The notes beneath the pieces were generated by a model. That model was not told the DNA's origin. It saw only the letters and a program-made list of their open reading frames with translations, and did no database searches. DNA of 56,129 nucleotides from Malacoraja senta (taxonomy: Eukaryota). A program made the translations under genes and the position numbers. The stretch covers positions 310,001 through 366,129 of the forward strand of contig JAXLNO010000320.1 of NCBI GenBank assembly GCA_038087875.1. The letters are read 5' to 3'. Below are positions 34,160 through 47,402 of this stretch, one piece after another (position 1 is the stretch's first letter; every line of letters begins with the position of its first letter).

Positions 34160-35790
34160 CCTTCCACTCGACCACAAAGCTGCACTACAATTGTTGCATG
34201 CTCCCTATATGGCCTCCTGTACGTCGGCGAGACTAAGTGTAGACTTGCCAAACACTTGAAAGCGCCGGGCGGCGCGACTCTCGTCAGCAGCGGCCTCTGC
34301 AGTCCGTCTGTCTTTTTATTATTTTTGTCTCATTTCTATGTAGTTTTTATTATTCGTTTTTTTTGTCGGGGTATGTGTGGGGGTGGGGTGGGGGGACTTT
34401 AAAATCTTTCCCCTGCACGGGAGACCCGACCTTTTCTTTGTCGGGTCTCCGTTGTCGTTGGGGCTGGGCAACATGGAGCGGCCTCCAGCAGGTTCGACCT
34501 GGGGCTCCAGTTACGGAGCTGCGGACTACTCACCGTCACGGGGCTGGCCGAGTCCGGAGCGGGTGGAGCTGTGGTGGAGCGCTGCTGCGACCCGACCCCC
34601 GGAGATTCGGAGGCTGCAGCCGCGGGTCTGGCGGACGGCAACACTGGAGGCCCGCGGGTCCCTGGTGGGAGACCGCTTTTCGGGGCTTCCGCAGCGGCGA
34701 CTTCTCCCGCCCGAGTTGCGGGGTTGAGGAGCGCCTGGAGCGGGGCTTTGCATCACCGCCCCGCGCGGCTTGGAATGGCCGCGGGACTTTGCGAGCGCAC
34801 GCCGGGGCTCTAACACCAAGACCCAGTGCGCGACCTTGCATCACCCGGCGTGGCTTAATGGCCGCGGGACAATCACCATCGCCCGCCGGGGGCTTTGACT
34901 TTGACTCTGACATCGGGGGGGGGGGGGGGGGGAGTGCAGTGGAGAGATAAGTTGTTTTTGCCTTCCATCACAGCGCTGTGATGGATGTATGTGTAAATTG
35001 TGTTGTGTCTCGGGTCTTCTTCGTTTTGTAATGTATGGCTGCAGAAACTACATTTCGTTTGGACCTCAACGGGGTCCAAATGACAAATAAATTGTATTGT
35101 ATTGTATTGTATACTTGCGCTTGGTCCGCCAACGGCTGCATGAATCTCCCGGTTGCTAACCATTTTAACTCCTCCACCCATTCCCAAACTGATCTTTCTG
35201 TCCTGTGCCTCCTTCCTTTGCCAGGGCGAGGCCACACACAAACTGGAGGAACAGCACCTCAAAGCGGGTAGCTTACAATCCAATGGTATGAATGTTAAGT
35301 ACTCCAATTTGAAATTATACTACCACCCCCAACATCTCTATTTCCCGTGCCACCACTTCCCATTGAGCTCCCATTTTTCCCCACCAGTCACCCACTCCGT
35401 CCTCCTCCTCCCTAGCCTCATCTCCCATCCCTGAGTCTCCCATTCCCTTTTAATCCACCCTCTTTTCCCTCCCCTTGTCCCCTTCTACCTAACCCCCTCC
35501 CTCCTCGTTTACATTTTACCCCTCCTCTCCTCTCCTCTCCTCATCTGAGACCCTTTTGCCTCCTTTTTATTTCTAGCCTTAGTCACTTACTCCACCAACT
35601 GTCAGTCCCCCCTCCCCTTCACCTGTATCCATCTATCACTTGCCAGGCTTTGCCCCGCACCCACCTCTCTTTTCCAGCTTTCTCCAGCCCTACTACCTCA
35701 GTCTGATGGGTCCTGACCCAAAACGTCACCTGTCCATTCCCTCTACAGATGCTGCCTGACCCACTGAGTTCTTCCAGCACTGGGTGTTTT
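34160..35790 (+). mobile_element. Penelope-like element remnant (GIY-YIG endonuclease plus 3' pLTR), interrupted by an insertion
   Basis: GLLYVGETKCRL and PVANHFNSSTHS..DL peptides flank the insertion; followed by a polypyrimidine tract and a hammerhead-like pLTR at about 35700-35790. Confidence 0.78.
34259..35112 (+). mobile_element. Young GC/CpG-rich non-autonomous retroposon with an (ATTGT)n tail
   Basis: TSD ACTTG (34254-58, 35113-17); 3' hairpins and AATAAA-(ATTGT)n tail; related 3' ends at about 18680-18900 and 40600-40782. Confidence 0.78.
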
Positions 35791-35854
35791 GCTCACTAAT
35801 TGTTTCATCAGCTTTGTAGATCGTCACTAGAAACATGAACAAGCACTTTAAACA

Positions 35855-36137
35855 TTAGAGATGTAGCGTGGAAACAGGCCCATCGGCCCATCGAGTCTAT
35901 GCCGACCAGCGATCACCCCGTACACTTACACTATCCTACACACTAGGGCCAATTTACAATTTTTACCAAAACATTTAACCTACAAACCTGTACATCTTTG
36001 GAATGTGGGAGGAAACCGGAGCACCGGGAGAAAACGCATGCAGACACAGGGAGAACGTACAGACTCCGTACAGACGGCGCCCGTAGTCAGGATTGAACCC
36101 GGGTCTCTGTAAAACTGCAGCTACCACTGCGCCACCA
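35855..36137 (-). mobile_element. V-SINE (HE1-like)
   Basis: tgtgggaggaaaccggagcacc core on the plus strand. Confidence 0.8.
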
Positions 36138-36634
36138 AGGTCAGTTGTTCATTGTTCCGTTGTCGGTATAAATGACAATTAAATCCTCTTGCTTGACTCT
36201 AGGCTCGAGCGAAGTGGGAGCAGGGTCTGACCACCCTGCGGCGATCTGCCTGTCCTCCACCTCAAACGCTTGTGTTCAGCAAAGGCCTTGGATAAAGGCT
36301 CTTTTATTCTCAACACAAACCTGCACTGCTACTGCCAGCTCTTCCTCCTACACTGCACGGTCGTCAGGGTGAGAGGTGGGCTATGTGGGCATCGATTCTG
36401 TGGGCTGGAACTGTTCTGGCATCTTTATATTCTGTATTAACGTCAGTCAGACTTCAGCTCCTACCCGCCAAAGCCAATCCCTTTGACCTACACACACAGC
36501 CTCCTTCTACACTCACCACCAACCACTCCAGTCCTACATAAAAGCACGAGTCACTGAGTCATACAGCATGGAACAGACCCTTCAGCACAACTTGTTCATG
36601 CAAACCAGATCCCATCTACGCTAGTCCCAATTGC

Positions 36635-37700
36635 CTGGATAGAGTGGATGTGGAAAGGATGTTTCCACTAGTGGGAGGTCTCGGATCAGAGCCCATAGCC
36701 TCAGAATAAAAGTACATACCTTTAGAAAGGAGATGTGGAGGAATTTCTTTAGTCAGAAGGTGGTGAATCTGTGGAATTCATTGCCAGACGGCTGTGGAGG
36801 CCAAGTCAATGGATATTTTAAGGTGAAGTTTGGCAGATTCTTGATTAGTAAAGGTGTCAGGGGTTTAGGGGAGAAGGCAGGAAAATGGGGTTGAGAGGGA
36901 AAGATAGACCAGTCATGATTGAATGGCGGAGTAGACTTGATCGGCCGAATGGCTTAATTTTGCTCCGATTAGCAAAAGGGGAGATGCAACGAGATCTGGG
37001 TGTCATGGTACACCAGTCATTGAAAGTAGGCATGCAGGTGCAGCAGGCAGCGAAGAAAGCCAATGGTATGTTAGCATTCATAGCAAAAGGCTTTGAGTAT
37101 AGGAGCAGGGAGGTTCTACTGCTCTTGTACAGGGTCTTGGTGAGACCACACCTGGAGTATTGCGTACAGTTTTAGTCTCCTAATCTGAGGAAAGACATTC
37201 TTGCCATAGAGGGAGTACAGAAAAGGTTCACCAGACTGATTCCTGGGATGGCAGGACTTTCATATGAAGAAAGACTGGATAGACTCGGCTTGTACTCGCT
37301 AGAATTTAGAAGATTGAGGGGGGATCTTATAGAAACTTACAAAATTCTTAAGGGGTTGGACAGGCTAGATGCAGGAAGATTGTTCCCGATGTTGGGGAAG
37401 TCCAGAACAAGGGGTCACAGTTTAAGGATAAGGGGGAAGTCTTTTAGGACCCAGATGAGAATTTTTGTTTTCACACAGAGAGTGGCGAATCTGTGGAATT
37501 CTCTGCCACAGAAATTAGTTGAGGCCAGTTCATTGGCTATATTTAAGAGGGAGTTAGATGTGGCCCTTGTGGCTAAAGGGGGTATGGAGAGAAGGCAGGT
37601 ACAGGATACTGAGTTGGATGATCAGCCATGATCATATTGAATGGCGGTGCAGACTCGAAGGGCCGAATGGCCTACTCCTGCACCTATTTTCTATGTTTCT
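36635..37700 (+). mobile_element. Two tandem CR1-type LINE 3' fragments
   Basis: RPHLEYCVQF, RLRGDLIETYKI, NLWNSLP motifs; two 3' tails. Confidence 0.88.
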
Positions 37701-38119
37701 ATAACTTATGGTGATCGATGGTCGGCTCAAAGGACCTGTTTCCATGCTGTATCTATCAATCAATCTATCAAAATAACACTGTGCTTCCACAGCACCTGTA
37801 CCTGTGTGAGTGGTGTGGGCAGAATCTAAACAAACTGGACCACTCAGTCTGGGCAGTGCTCATGAGGAAATAATGTAGGCTGCAAATGTCTGACTCAAAA
37901 CCAGGAGACACAGCTTTAAGGTGAAAGAGAAGAGATTTAATAGGAACCGGAGGGTCACCATTTTCACACAGAGGGTTGTGAGTGTATGGAACAAGCTGCC
38001 AGAGGAGGTAGTTGAGGCAGAAACTATAACAACATTTAAAAGATATTTGGTTAGGTAGAAAGGTTTAGAGGGATATGGGCCAAACACAGTTGTAAGTCCA
38101 ATAATTAACTGAATTAAAT

Positions 38120-38362
38120 ATGCAGCATGGAAACACCAGTTTCACATCCACTCTCTACACACTAGGAAAATTTTACAGAAGCCAACTAACCTACAAACCC
38201 GCATGTCTTTGGGATGTGGGAGGAAACCGCAGCACCTGGAGGAAACCCACATGGTCACAGGGTAAAACGTGCAAACTCCACACAGACAGACAGCACCCGA
38301 GGTGAGGATCAAACCCGGGTCTCTGGAGCTGCGAGGCATTGGCTCTTCCCGCTGCGCCACTG
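38120..38362 (-). mobile_element. V-SINE (HE1-like)
   Basis: gtctttgggatgtgggaggaaacc core on the plus strand. Confidence 0.8.
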
Positions 38363-38899
38363 TGTCACCTACAATCAGCAACATTTTATACTCAGTTATT
38401 TGAGAGAACAGTGTGACTGTGGTGTACTGTCCAAGGAAGCCGGATGCTTGGACAATTCATTTGAAAGAGTGTGGGGTGGGAGAGGCAGGAGAAAAATTAG
38501 TTACCAGGCACAAATGATACTGTGGACCAAGTGAATCTCATGGACACAAGAAACTGCAGATACAAAGTGCTGGAGTAACTCAGTGGGTCAGTCAGCATCT
38601 CTGGAGAACACGGTCTCGCTGACTCGCTGAGTTACTCTAGCACTTTGATTCTTTTTTGTCTCCAAAGGAACTGCAGATGCTGGAATCTTGAGCAATACAC
38701 ACAGCGCTGGAGTAACTTCAGACTAAAGAAGGGTCCCAATATGAAACGTCGCCTATCCATGTTCTCCAGAGATGCTGCCTGACCCTCTGAGTTACTCCCG
38801 CACGTTGAGTCTTTTGCCCAAATGGATCTGTTGGGAGCAAGTGCATGGTACGATGTGTGACTTATGACCACCGCTGCTGACAATGCAGTGTGTCGGCAG

Positions 38900-39560
38900 G
38901 GCTAATGCTCTGCAAATGCTGCATGTTTATCACATCATAATGGAATGCTCAAATACGGGGAATAAGACAGCCCACGGAATATTTCCTCATATCTGTCACA
39001 CGGCAGAAATCTACAGCGTTGCCAGCTAGCATGGGAAGGGTTAAGTGGGCTGGAGCTGGTGGGAAGGGCGATGCTGCTCCCTCCCACCCAGCCCCGACTG
39101 CATTCATTACTGCTGCTGTGCCGGATCGCAATGCTGCCTCCCTCCCGCTCTGTGACCCTGGACTGAGAGCTTCGCGTCCACTCCGCACACAAGACTCCCT
39201 CCGGCCTGAGGGGTGATTGTCCACTCCACACCTCGGGACAACATGCCAGCCTTCCCTCACTCCGCCCGGCCGACAAGGTAAGTGTCTTCTCTCATCCAGC
39301 CCCCCAATCCACTTCTCTCCCTTCTCCCCACCACTCTCCTTCCGAGCCCAGGTCAATGAATTGAAACTCAATCTCTCGACTGAGTAGCAGGAATGTAGGG
39401 CTTGCTGCGATTTCCCCCTCAGCTGAGTTAGAAAGTCTCGTTTCTCCGTCAGTTTTAGTCTGACAATCCCGCCTCCCCCTCTCCCACAACACTGCGGCAG
39501 CTAATGGTGCTCCGGCTAATCGCAAGCATCTGACGGCGCAGAACAAACTCCGTTCAAAGC
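38900..39560 (+). promoter_or_regulatory. Probable VASN promoter / exon 1 region
   Basis: Repeat-free and locally CpG-richer, contains a GGAATG (TEAD-type) motif near 38942 and the strong donor at 39278. Confidence 0.5.
39243..39277 (+). CDS. VASN: Candidate VASN exon 1 coding part (MPAFPHSARPT(R))
   Basis: acaacATG at 39243 and a perfect AAG|GTAAGT donor at 39277/39278; 35 nt plus G48013 joins in frame to EKAPWYGLWVLVLL. Confidence 0.65.
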
Positions 39561-39634
39561 CCTTGGCAGAATTTAATAACACATGAGACGAAAATAATTT
39601 CAGGCTTCAACTGATGGAGCGCAGGTCCCAATGT

Positions 39635-40200
39635 GCGACACACAGTGTACACGGGTCAGTGTGGGAGGACAGAGTGTACACGGGTCAGTGTGTGACACAC
39701 AATGTACACGGGTCAGTGTAGGATACACAGTGTACACGGGTCAGTGTGTGACACAGATCAGTGTGTGACACACGGTGTACACAGGTCAGTGTAGGATACA
39801 GTGTACATGGGGTCAATGTGTGACACAGTGTACACGGGTCAGCGTGTGACTGTACACGGGTCAGTGTATGAGTGTACACGGGTCAGCGTGTGACACACAG
39901 TGTACACGGGTCAGTGTGTGACAGTGTACACAGGTTAGTGTAGGATACACAGTGTACACGGGTCAATGTGTGACACAGTGTACACGGGTCAATGTGTGAC
40001 ACAGTGTCCACCGGTCAGTGTAGGATACACAGTGTACACGGGTCAATGTGTGACACAGTGTCCACCGGTCAGTGTAGGATACACAGTGTACACGGGTCAA
40101 TGTGTGACACACAGTGTACACGGGTCAATGTGTGACACACAGTGTACACGGGTCAGTGTAGGGCACACAGTGTACACAGGTCAGTGTGGGAGTACACAGG
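39635..40200. repeat. Minisatellite, about 24-28-bp unit, in VASN intron 1
   Basis: Repeated cacagtgtacacgggtca(g/a)tgtgtga. Confidence 0.92.
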
Positions 40201-41307
40201 TATGGACAGTGTTGACACTTACCCGCCTGAGTTTATGCCTGTGCAACTGGGCAGGCGTGATCACTGGATGTCCAGAGGTAGCTGCCCTATTCATCGGGAG
40301 GGCACTCGGATTTGTGAATGGAGTTTGTATTTATTCCGCAGAGTAAAAAAATTAAAGTAGAGATAGTGAAGGAACTGGATGATCTAGAATTACCACCTGC
40401 GCTGCTGTGAGTCATTCTATTGAGACGGCGCGATTCTGCTGGCCAGTCGTGGCACTCCCTCACTGTATAAGGAGCAGCGACACACACACACCTTGCAGCA
40501 ACAAAGCCCACACTGGAAGGGGAGAGATTTTTGTAATTACGCCTCAGAAAATATCCATTAATCTGCTACAGGGAACCTGAGGAAAAAGTGGTTATGAGAG
40601 GGAAGAGATAAGACTTTTGCCTTCCATCACAGTGAGGTGTTGGAGATTCACTGTGAGGAATGTTTGTGTAGATTGTGTTAAGTGTGGGTCTTGTTTTTTT
40701 TTGTAATGTTAAGACTGTAGAAATGCAATTTCGTTCAGACCAAGCTGTTTGAATGACAATAAAAGGCATTCTATTCTATTCTAATATGCACCGTCGCAGA
40801 GGGACCCTGCGCCGACACACAGGGCAATGACGCCCCCCCCCCCCCACACACACACACACAGGGCAGTGACCCCCCCTCCCCCCCTGTGCCTACACACAGG
40901 GCAATGACACCTCTCCCCCACACATGGCAACGACCCCCTCCCCCCCACCCAGGGCAGTGAGTGACCCTTCTCCCCAAGGTGTGGTGGGGCTATGATATGC
41001 AGGGGTGTAGCCCAGAGCTGCAGCCTGTCAGCAGCAGAGGCCAGTCTGTGGACAGGAGCACTTGGAATGGGCAAGGTAAACAAACCCCCAATGACGGCAT
41101 TTAATTAAAAAGTGCAGAGCTCGACAGGAACTTCTCTCCCTTGCCTGGAGGCTTGGGTGGATTTGGTGTGTGGCTGTAACCCAGGAGTGACCCGCGCAAA
41201 GGTCAGGCTGCCTTTGACCAGCATTGCCTGAGGGAAGAATGTCAGATATCAGAGGGCAACCTGGCTGCTGCCGTGATTCCGGTCTGGCAGTGAGACACAC
41301 TCCCTCT

Positions 41308-41830
41308 CCCAGCACAGGGACCCAGCAGACAGCAGCTCCCACTCCCAGCACAGGACCAGCAGACAGCAGCTCCCACTCCCAGCACAGGTCCAGCAGACAG
41401 CAGCTCCCACTCCCAGCACAGGTCCAGCAGACAGCAGCGCTCACTCCCAGCACAGGACCAGCAGACCCAGCTCCCAGCACAGGACCAGCAGACAGCAGCG
41501 CTCACTCCCAGCACAGGACCAGCAGACCCAGCTCCCACTCCCAGCACAGGACCAGCAGACAGCAGCTCCCACTCCCAGCACAGGACCAGCAGACAGCAGC
41601 TCCCACTCCCAGCACAGGACCAGCAGACCCAGCTCCCACTCCCAGCACAGGACCAGCAGACCCAGCTCCCACTCCCAGCACAGGACCAGCAGACCCAGCT
41701 CCCACTCCCAGCACAGGACCAGCAGACCCAGCTCCCACTCCCAGCACCAGCAGACCCAGCTCCCACTCCCAGCACAGGTCCAGCAGATCCAGCTCCCACT
41801 CCCAGCACAGGACCAGCAGACCCAGCTCCA
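41308..41830. repeat. 33/34-bp minisatellite
   Basis: (cccagcacaggaccagcagacccagctcccact)n. Confidence 0.95.
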
Positions 41831-42499
41831 CCTCCACAGTGCACTGCTGCTGAGTGTATCTCCGCTGTCTGCCCCAACCTCTCTCTGTCACCCAATCACC
41901 CCTCTCCCTCCGAGCTGTGAATGTACTTCCACTGATAAACAAATGCACAAAGTGCTGGAGTAACAGCAGGACAGGTAGCAAGCATCTCTGGAAGACGTGG
42001 ATAGGCAACATTTCGGGTCGGCACCCTAATTCATGCTCTTGTGTGCCTATTTTTTCTGCAGTTTGTTTGTGTCTACATATTCCCACTGATGTCAGTCCCC
42101 CTCCCTCACACTGTCACTCTCTGCCCCGACACCTTCATTAAACATAAACAGGCCAAAATACTTAGAAATTCCTCCAGCACTTTGTGTTTGCTCAACATTC
42201 CAGCACGTCTCTCCAACCCCCCCTGTATCACCTATCACTTGCCTCGTTTCCAGTCCCACCCCATCAGTATGAAGAAGTGTCCCGACCCAAAACATGGCCT
42301 TGTCCATTTCCCCCCACAGATGCTGCATGACCCGTTTCTCCAGCACTCTGTGTTATTTGTGCTATCCAGGTAGACCACATCATACACGAGTAGAAGAGGT
42401 TGGCACAAGAGAAAGCAATCACAGTGCAGAACAGTGTTAGTTACAGAGAAAGTGCAGATATAAAAAGGCCAAAGGCCACAGTGAGGTAGCTTGGGTGGT

Positions 42500-42900
42500 T
42501 GGGAATCTATGGGAGGACAGTTCAGCAGTCTGACAACAGCAGGAAAGAAGCTGTCCCAGAATCTGGTGGTATGTGCTCTCGAGCCTTTGTATCTTTTGCC
42601 GGCGAGAGAAGGGGGAATGACCGCCGTGTGAACGGTCCTTGATTATGTTGGTGGCTTTCTCGAGGCAGCGTAAAGTGTAGATGGAGACAACGGGCTGGAG
42701 TCTGGTCTGTGATGGACTGGCCTACATCCACAACTCTGCAATGTCTTGTGATTTTGGGCAGAGTTATTCCCAAACCAAGCTGTGATGCATCCCGATAGGA
42801 TGCTTTCTACGGGCATCTGTAGAAGTCGGGAAGAGTCGGTGGAGACATGTGAATTTCCTTAGTCTGCTGAACTTTCATGGGCCTCGTTAACCAACTCGCT
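42500..42900 (-). mobile_element. Degenerate Rex1/Babar-type LINE 3' fragment
   Basis: Similar to 8238-8640 (gaagaagctgt, gaatctgg, tgatggactgg); another copy on the plus strand near 28560-28800. Confidence 0.65.
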
Positions 42901-42916
42901 AGGATTCTCGTCATCA

Positions 42917-43217
42917 AGCCAGCACTGAACCCCAGGCCCATCCTCCGGCCAGCACTGACCCCCAGGCCCATCCTCTGGCCAGCACTGACCCCCAGGCCCA
43001 TCTTCTGGCCAGCACTGACCCCCAGGCCCATCCTCTGGCCAGCACTGACCCCCAGGCCCATCCTCTGGCCAGCACTGACCCCCAGGCCCATCCTCTGGCC
43101 AGCACTGACCCCCAGGCCCATCCTCTGGCCAGCACTGACCCTCAGGCCCATCCTCTGGCCAGCACTGACCCCAGGCCCATCCTCTGGCCAGCACTGACCC
43201 CCAGACCCATCCTCTGA
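42917..43217. repeat. 30-bp minisatellite, about 10 copies
   Basis: (gccagcactgacccccaggcccatcctctg)n. Confidence 0.95.
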
Positions 43218-45237
43218 CCCTAGCCAGGTGCTTCCCTCAGCACACAGTCACAGGATAAAACAGCACCCCTGATCTTTGCTGTATCAGTAGAGGACTCGGG
43301 TAATGACACGAACCCTTTGTAAAACACTGGCTAGGCTTTGGATGCAGTTCTGGTCTCCCTTTTAGATTTAGGTTTATTATTGTCACATGTACTGAGGTAC
43401 ACGGTAGCTTTATTCTGCACGCTATCCAAACAGATCAGATAACTCTACACACAAGTATAATCAAGTCAAACTCACGTAGAATTGTGGAAAATACAGAGTG
43501 CAGAATATAGTTCTCAGCATTTGTAGAGCATCAGCTCCAGAGACAAAGTTAGATCAGCCATGATTGAATGTGGAGTGGACTTGATGGGCTGAATGGCCTA
43601 ATTCCACTCCTATAACCTACGAAAAAGGTTAGCCCCTCAGGTTCCTATTAAATCTTTCCCTCTCACCTTAAACCTATGTCCTCAGGTTTTAGATTCCCCT
43701 ACTCTGGGTGAAAGACTGTGCATTTAGGGATAAACAGGAGATATTGAGGATGGTTTGAAAGGATGGAAGATTGTGTGGAAGAAACAAACCGTGGCATGGA
43801 GTGGAGGGTTGAGATGGCCCAGGGACTGTAAATCACATTGCACTCAGCTCCTGAATTCCTCTGGAGTCCTACTCCCGTCAGAGCGGAGAGTCGGGGAAGC
43901 TCTACAGATCTCACTACAGCGCAGTGAAAGGAAGCATCTCACGTTACAGCAAACATCTTGAACTCATCCCCCGGAAAAATAAGCTCAGGCTCAGGCAGTG
44001 TTGTCTTACCCTGAAGCGTGGCGCACGGTCATGTTGGTTTTGGAAGGAACCTGCGTTAAGGAGACGCGGGCAAACCCCGCTCCTGGCAACTCACAAAGCT
44101 CTGCCCACCGGTTGGGCCACACGGTCTGTCTGACCTGTGACCCTGACCCCTCACCCCCGACCCTCCCTATCAATTTAACCCTGCCAGACTGCATTTCCCC
44201 TCCAGAGTCCAGGGAGCCCCGACCACCCACTCCCTGCAGAGAGCAAGGCTGCCCCATCACACACGTATGTGCGTGTGTGTGTGTGTGAGCGTGCGTGTCT
44301 GTCTGTGTGTGGGGGTGTGTGTATGCGTGAGTATGTGTGGAATTCATTGCCACAGACGGCTGTGGGGGCCAAGTCAATGGATAATTTTAAGGTAGTGATT
44401 GACAGTTTCTTGATTAGTACGAGTGTCAGGAGTTAGGGGGAGAAGGCAGGAGAATGGGATTGAGAGGGCAAGAAAGATCAACCATGATGGAATGGCAGAG
44501 TAAACTTGATGGGCCAGATGGCCCAATTCTGCTCGGAAAATTCATGAAACTCAGCCGGTTCACCTCTAGGTGCTGAGGGAGTGGATAGTAATCACTAGTT
44601 TACCTCAGACACTTGGTAACTCTTTAATTGTTTCCATCCTGGGAGAAAGGTTGTGACTGTGATTCGGATCTGTGCTGGGGTTGTCCTCTTTATAAACCGA
44701 AGTGTCCTCTTTATAAACCGAAGAGAGACTTGTTGAGTTGGAGACAGTCTAGATGGTGTCATTAGGTCATAATGTGTGAATAAGGGGGTGAGGGGAGGCG
44801 TGAATGTGTGAATAAGGTGTGAATGAGGGGGACCAGGGGGGGGGGGAGGTGATCGATAGAAAGACAAGAAGGTAGTTGAGTGGTGGGGAAGGGTTGAGGT
44901 AGGAAGTCCCTGGGTGAGTGTTGTACTGGTGTAAACCCCAGGGCTACAAGCTGAGCGCAGGGAATGGGCCTACATAACCACATGGAGTTAGCATGGAACA
45001 GTGGGGTGAGTGGCCTCCTCTGCTATGGCAATGCTAAATCCTCACTCACTTCAAACTGTGAGCAGCCACAGCCTCACACCAAGTGGTAACGAGCTCAGCC
45101 TCCCAGTTTTACAGTCCAACACATGTGCTGATATTTTCAATTCCATCTTGGGTTTGAGACAAAAATTAATTCGACAAAAACAGCTAATTCGACTGTTGGG
45201 AGGAGTGGATATAAATCTGGCACATCATTCCACAGAG

Positions 45238-45240
<3 letters not shown>

Positions 45241-45271
<31 letters not shown>

Positions 45272-45905
45272 CAGGGGAGGGAGGGAGGGCAGGGGGGGAG
45301 AGAGAGAGAGGGAGAGGGCAAGAGGGAGGGAAAGAGAGGGCAGGGGGGAGAGAGAGGGAGGGGAGAGGGAGGGAGAGAGGGGGGGAGAGAGAGGGAGGGG
45401 AGAGTGGAGAGAGAGGGGGAGAGAGAGGGGGGGACAGAGGAAGAGACGGGGAGAGGGGACAGAGGGGAGGGAGAGAGAGGGGACAGAGAGAGGGAGAGGG
45501 GGACAGAGAGAGGGAGAGGGGGACAGAGAGAGGGAGAGGGGGACAGAGGGAGGGGCAGAGAGAGAGAGAGAAAGACAGAGAGAGAGGGGGGGCAGAGAGA
45601 GGGGGGGCAGAGAGAGAGGGGGGGCAGAGAGAGAGGGGGCAGAGAGGGGGCAGAGAGAGAGGGGGGCAGAGAGAGAGGGGGCAGAGAGAGAGAGGGGGGC
45701 AGAGAGAGAGGGGGGCAGAGAGAGAGGGGGGCAGAGAGAGAGGGGGGCAGAGAGAGAGGGGGGCAGAGAGAGAGGGGGGCAGAGAGAGAGGGGGGCAGAG
45801 AGAGAGGGGGGCAGAGAGAGAGGGGGGCAGAGAGAGAGGGGGGCAGAGAGAGAGGGGGGCAGAGAGAGAGGGGGCAGAGAGAGAGGGGGCAGAGAGGGAG
45901 GGCAG
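45241..45905. repeat. Polypurine GA-rich repeat running into a gap
   Basis: (GA)n followed by (gggggcagagagagag)n. Confidence 0.95.
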
Positions 45906-46415
45906 NNNNNNNNNNNNNNNNNNNNNNNNNNNNNNNNNNNNNNNNNNNNNNNNNNNNNNNNNNNNNNNNNNNNNNNNNNNNNNNNNNNNNNNNNNNNNNN
46001 NNNNNNNNNNNNNNNNNNNNNNNNNNNNNNNNNNNNNNNNNNNNNNNNNNNNNNNNNNNNNNNNNNNNNNNNNNNNNNNNNNNNNNNNNNNNNNNNNNNN
46101 NNNNNNNNNNNNNNNNNNNCAGACCCAATGAGAGAGAGANNNNNNNNNNNNNNNNNNNNNNNNNNNNNNNNNNNNNNNNNNNNNNNNNNNNNNNNNNNNN
46201 NNNNNNNNNNNNNNNNNNNNNNNNNNNNNNNNNNNNNNNNNNNNNNNNNNNNNNNNNNNNNNNNNNNNNNNNNNNNNNNNNNNNNNNNNNNNNNNNNNNN
46301 NNNNNNNNNNNNNNNNNNNNNNNNNNNNNNNNNNNNNNNNNNNNNNNNNNNNNNNNNNNNNNNNNNNNNNNNNNNNNNNNNNNNNNNNNNNNNNNNNNNN
46401 NNNNNNNNNNNNNNN
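45906..46415. other. Two assembly gaps (45906-46119, 46140-46415)
   Basis: Runs of N. Confidence 0.99.
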
Positions 46416-47402
46416 TCAGTGGTCGGAGTGGTCCCAGTTGCCTGCCCGTTGGGTGAGGTCAGGGCCTGTGTGGGTCAGGCTGGGGGATGGGCAGGGTGTT
46501 GTGGAATGCAGCTCTATGTGAGGAGGGGCTGTGGGAGTGAGCATGGCTCCCGCTGAGACAGGAGGTGGCTCTCTGCCCGCCTCCTGCTACACAGGGTTCT
46601 GGGAACTCGGTCTCAAATGCACTTTTTATTAATTCAGCCTGTTACAGAACATTCCTCCCCCCCCAGCATTCCCTGATGTGGTCTGGAAATAGTACAGAAT
46701 GAATCAAACCGTTCTAAAAATACTCTTTATGGAGAGAACATTCCCCAAAGCTGACCTTCCCCCGCCCACCCCTCCCCCTTCCTGTCAGCACTGCCTAGGC
46801 CTGAGGTGGGGATAAGAAGAGAGGCCCCCTCACCCTCATAAGGACAATCAGGCTGATGAAACCAGGCATATCCACAACCCAACAACTGCCCCCCTCCCAC
46901 TCCCATCCTCCTCTCCACTGCCCCCACCCTCTCTCCCTGCTTCTTCCCCACTGCCCTCACTAACACCTCCCGCACACAATCCCCCCCCCCCCACTCTCTC
47001 CTTCCCCCACCCCCCTCTGCCTCCTCCCACTGTCCCCACCCACCCCCCACCGGCTTCCTCTCCTCCTCGTCCCTTGCAGCCCCCACTCCCCCCTGCCTCA
47101 CCCTCTCAATCTTCCCTCCAAAGCAGGCAGTGTCAGAGAGGGAGAGAGATAGGGGGAGGGGGAGATAGAGGGGGGGAGCGAGAGAGAGAGAAAAATAGCG
47201 AGAGAGAAAAAGAGCGAGAGAGTGAGAGTTTGTGTGTGAGAGAGAGAGAGTCAGACTGACAGAGAGTATCTCACTCCCCCTCCTGCGCTGCTGTAAGGGC
47301 CGACACAAGACTGCAGATGCAGGAATCTGGAGCAGAAACTCAGCAGGTCAGGCAGCATCTGTGGAGGGAATAGAACATTTGGGTCAGTACCCTTTGATCA
47401 AT

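Noticed and set aside
34363-34950. 195-aa GC-rich ORF and overlapping ORFs
   Set aside because: Inside a retroposon; stop-codon scarcity due to GC content; no recognisable domain.
41028-43197. Repetitive ORFs (PAPTPSTGPAD, LWPALTPRPI)
   Set aside because: Products of 33-bp and 30-bp minisatellites open in several frames on both strands, with no splice or start support.
39635-43217. Regularly spaced repeats as a CRISPR array
   Set aside because: Head-to-tail units with no unique spacers, no cas genes, eukaryotic context.
45010-46556. Long ORFs (373, 350, 314 aa) rich in E/R/G or L/S/P
   Set aside because: Translations of the GA repeat and N gaps.
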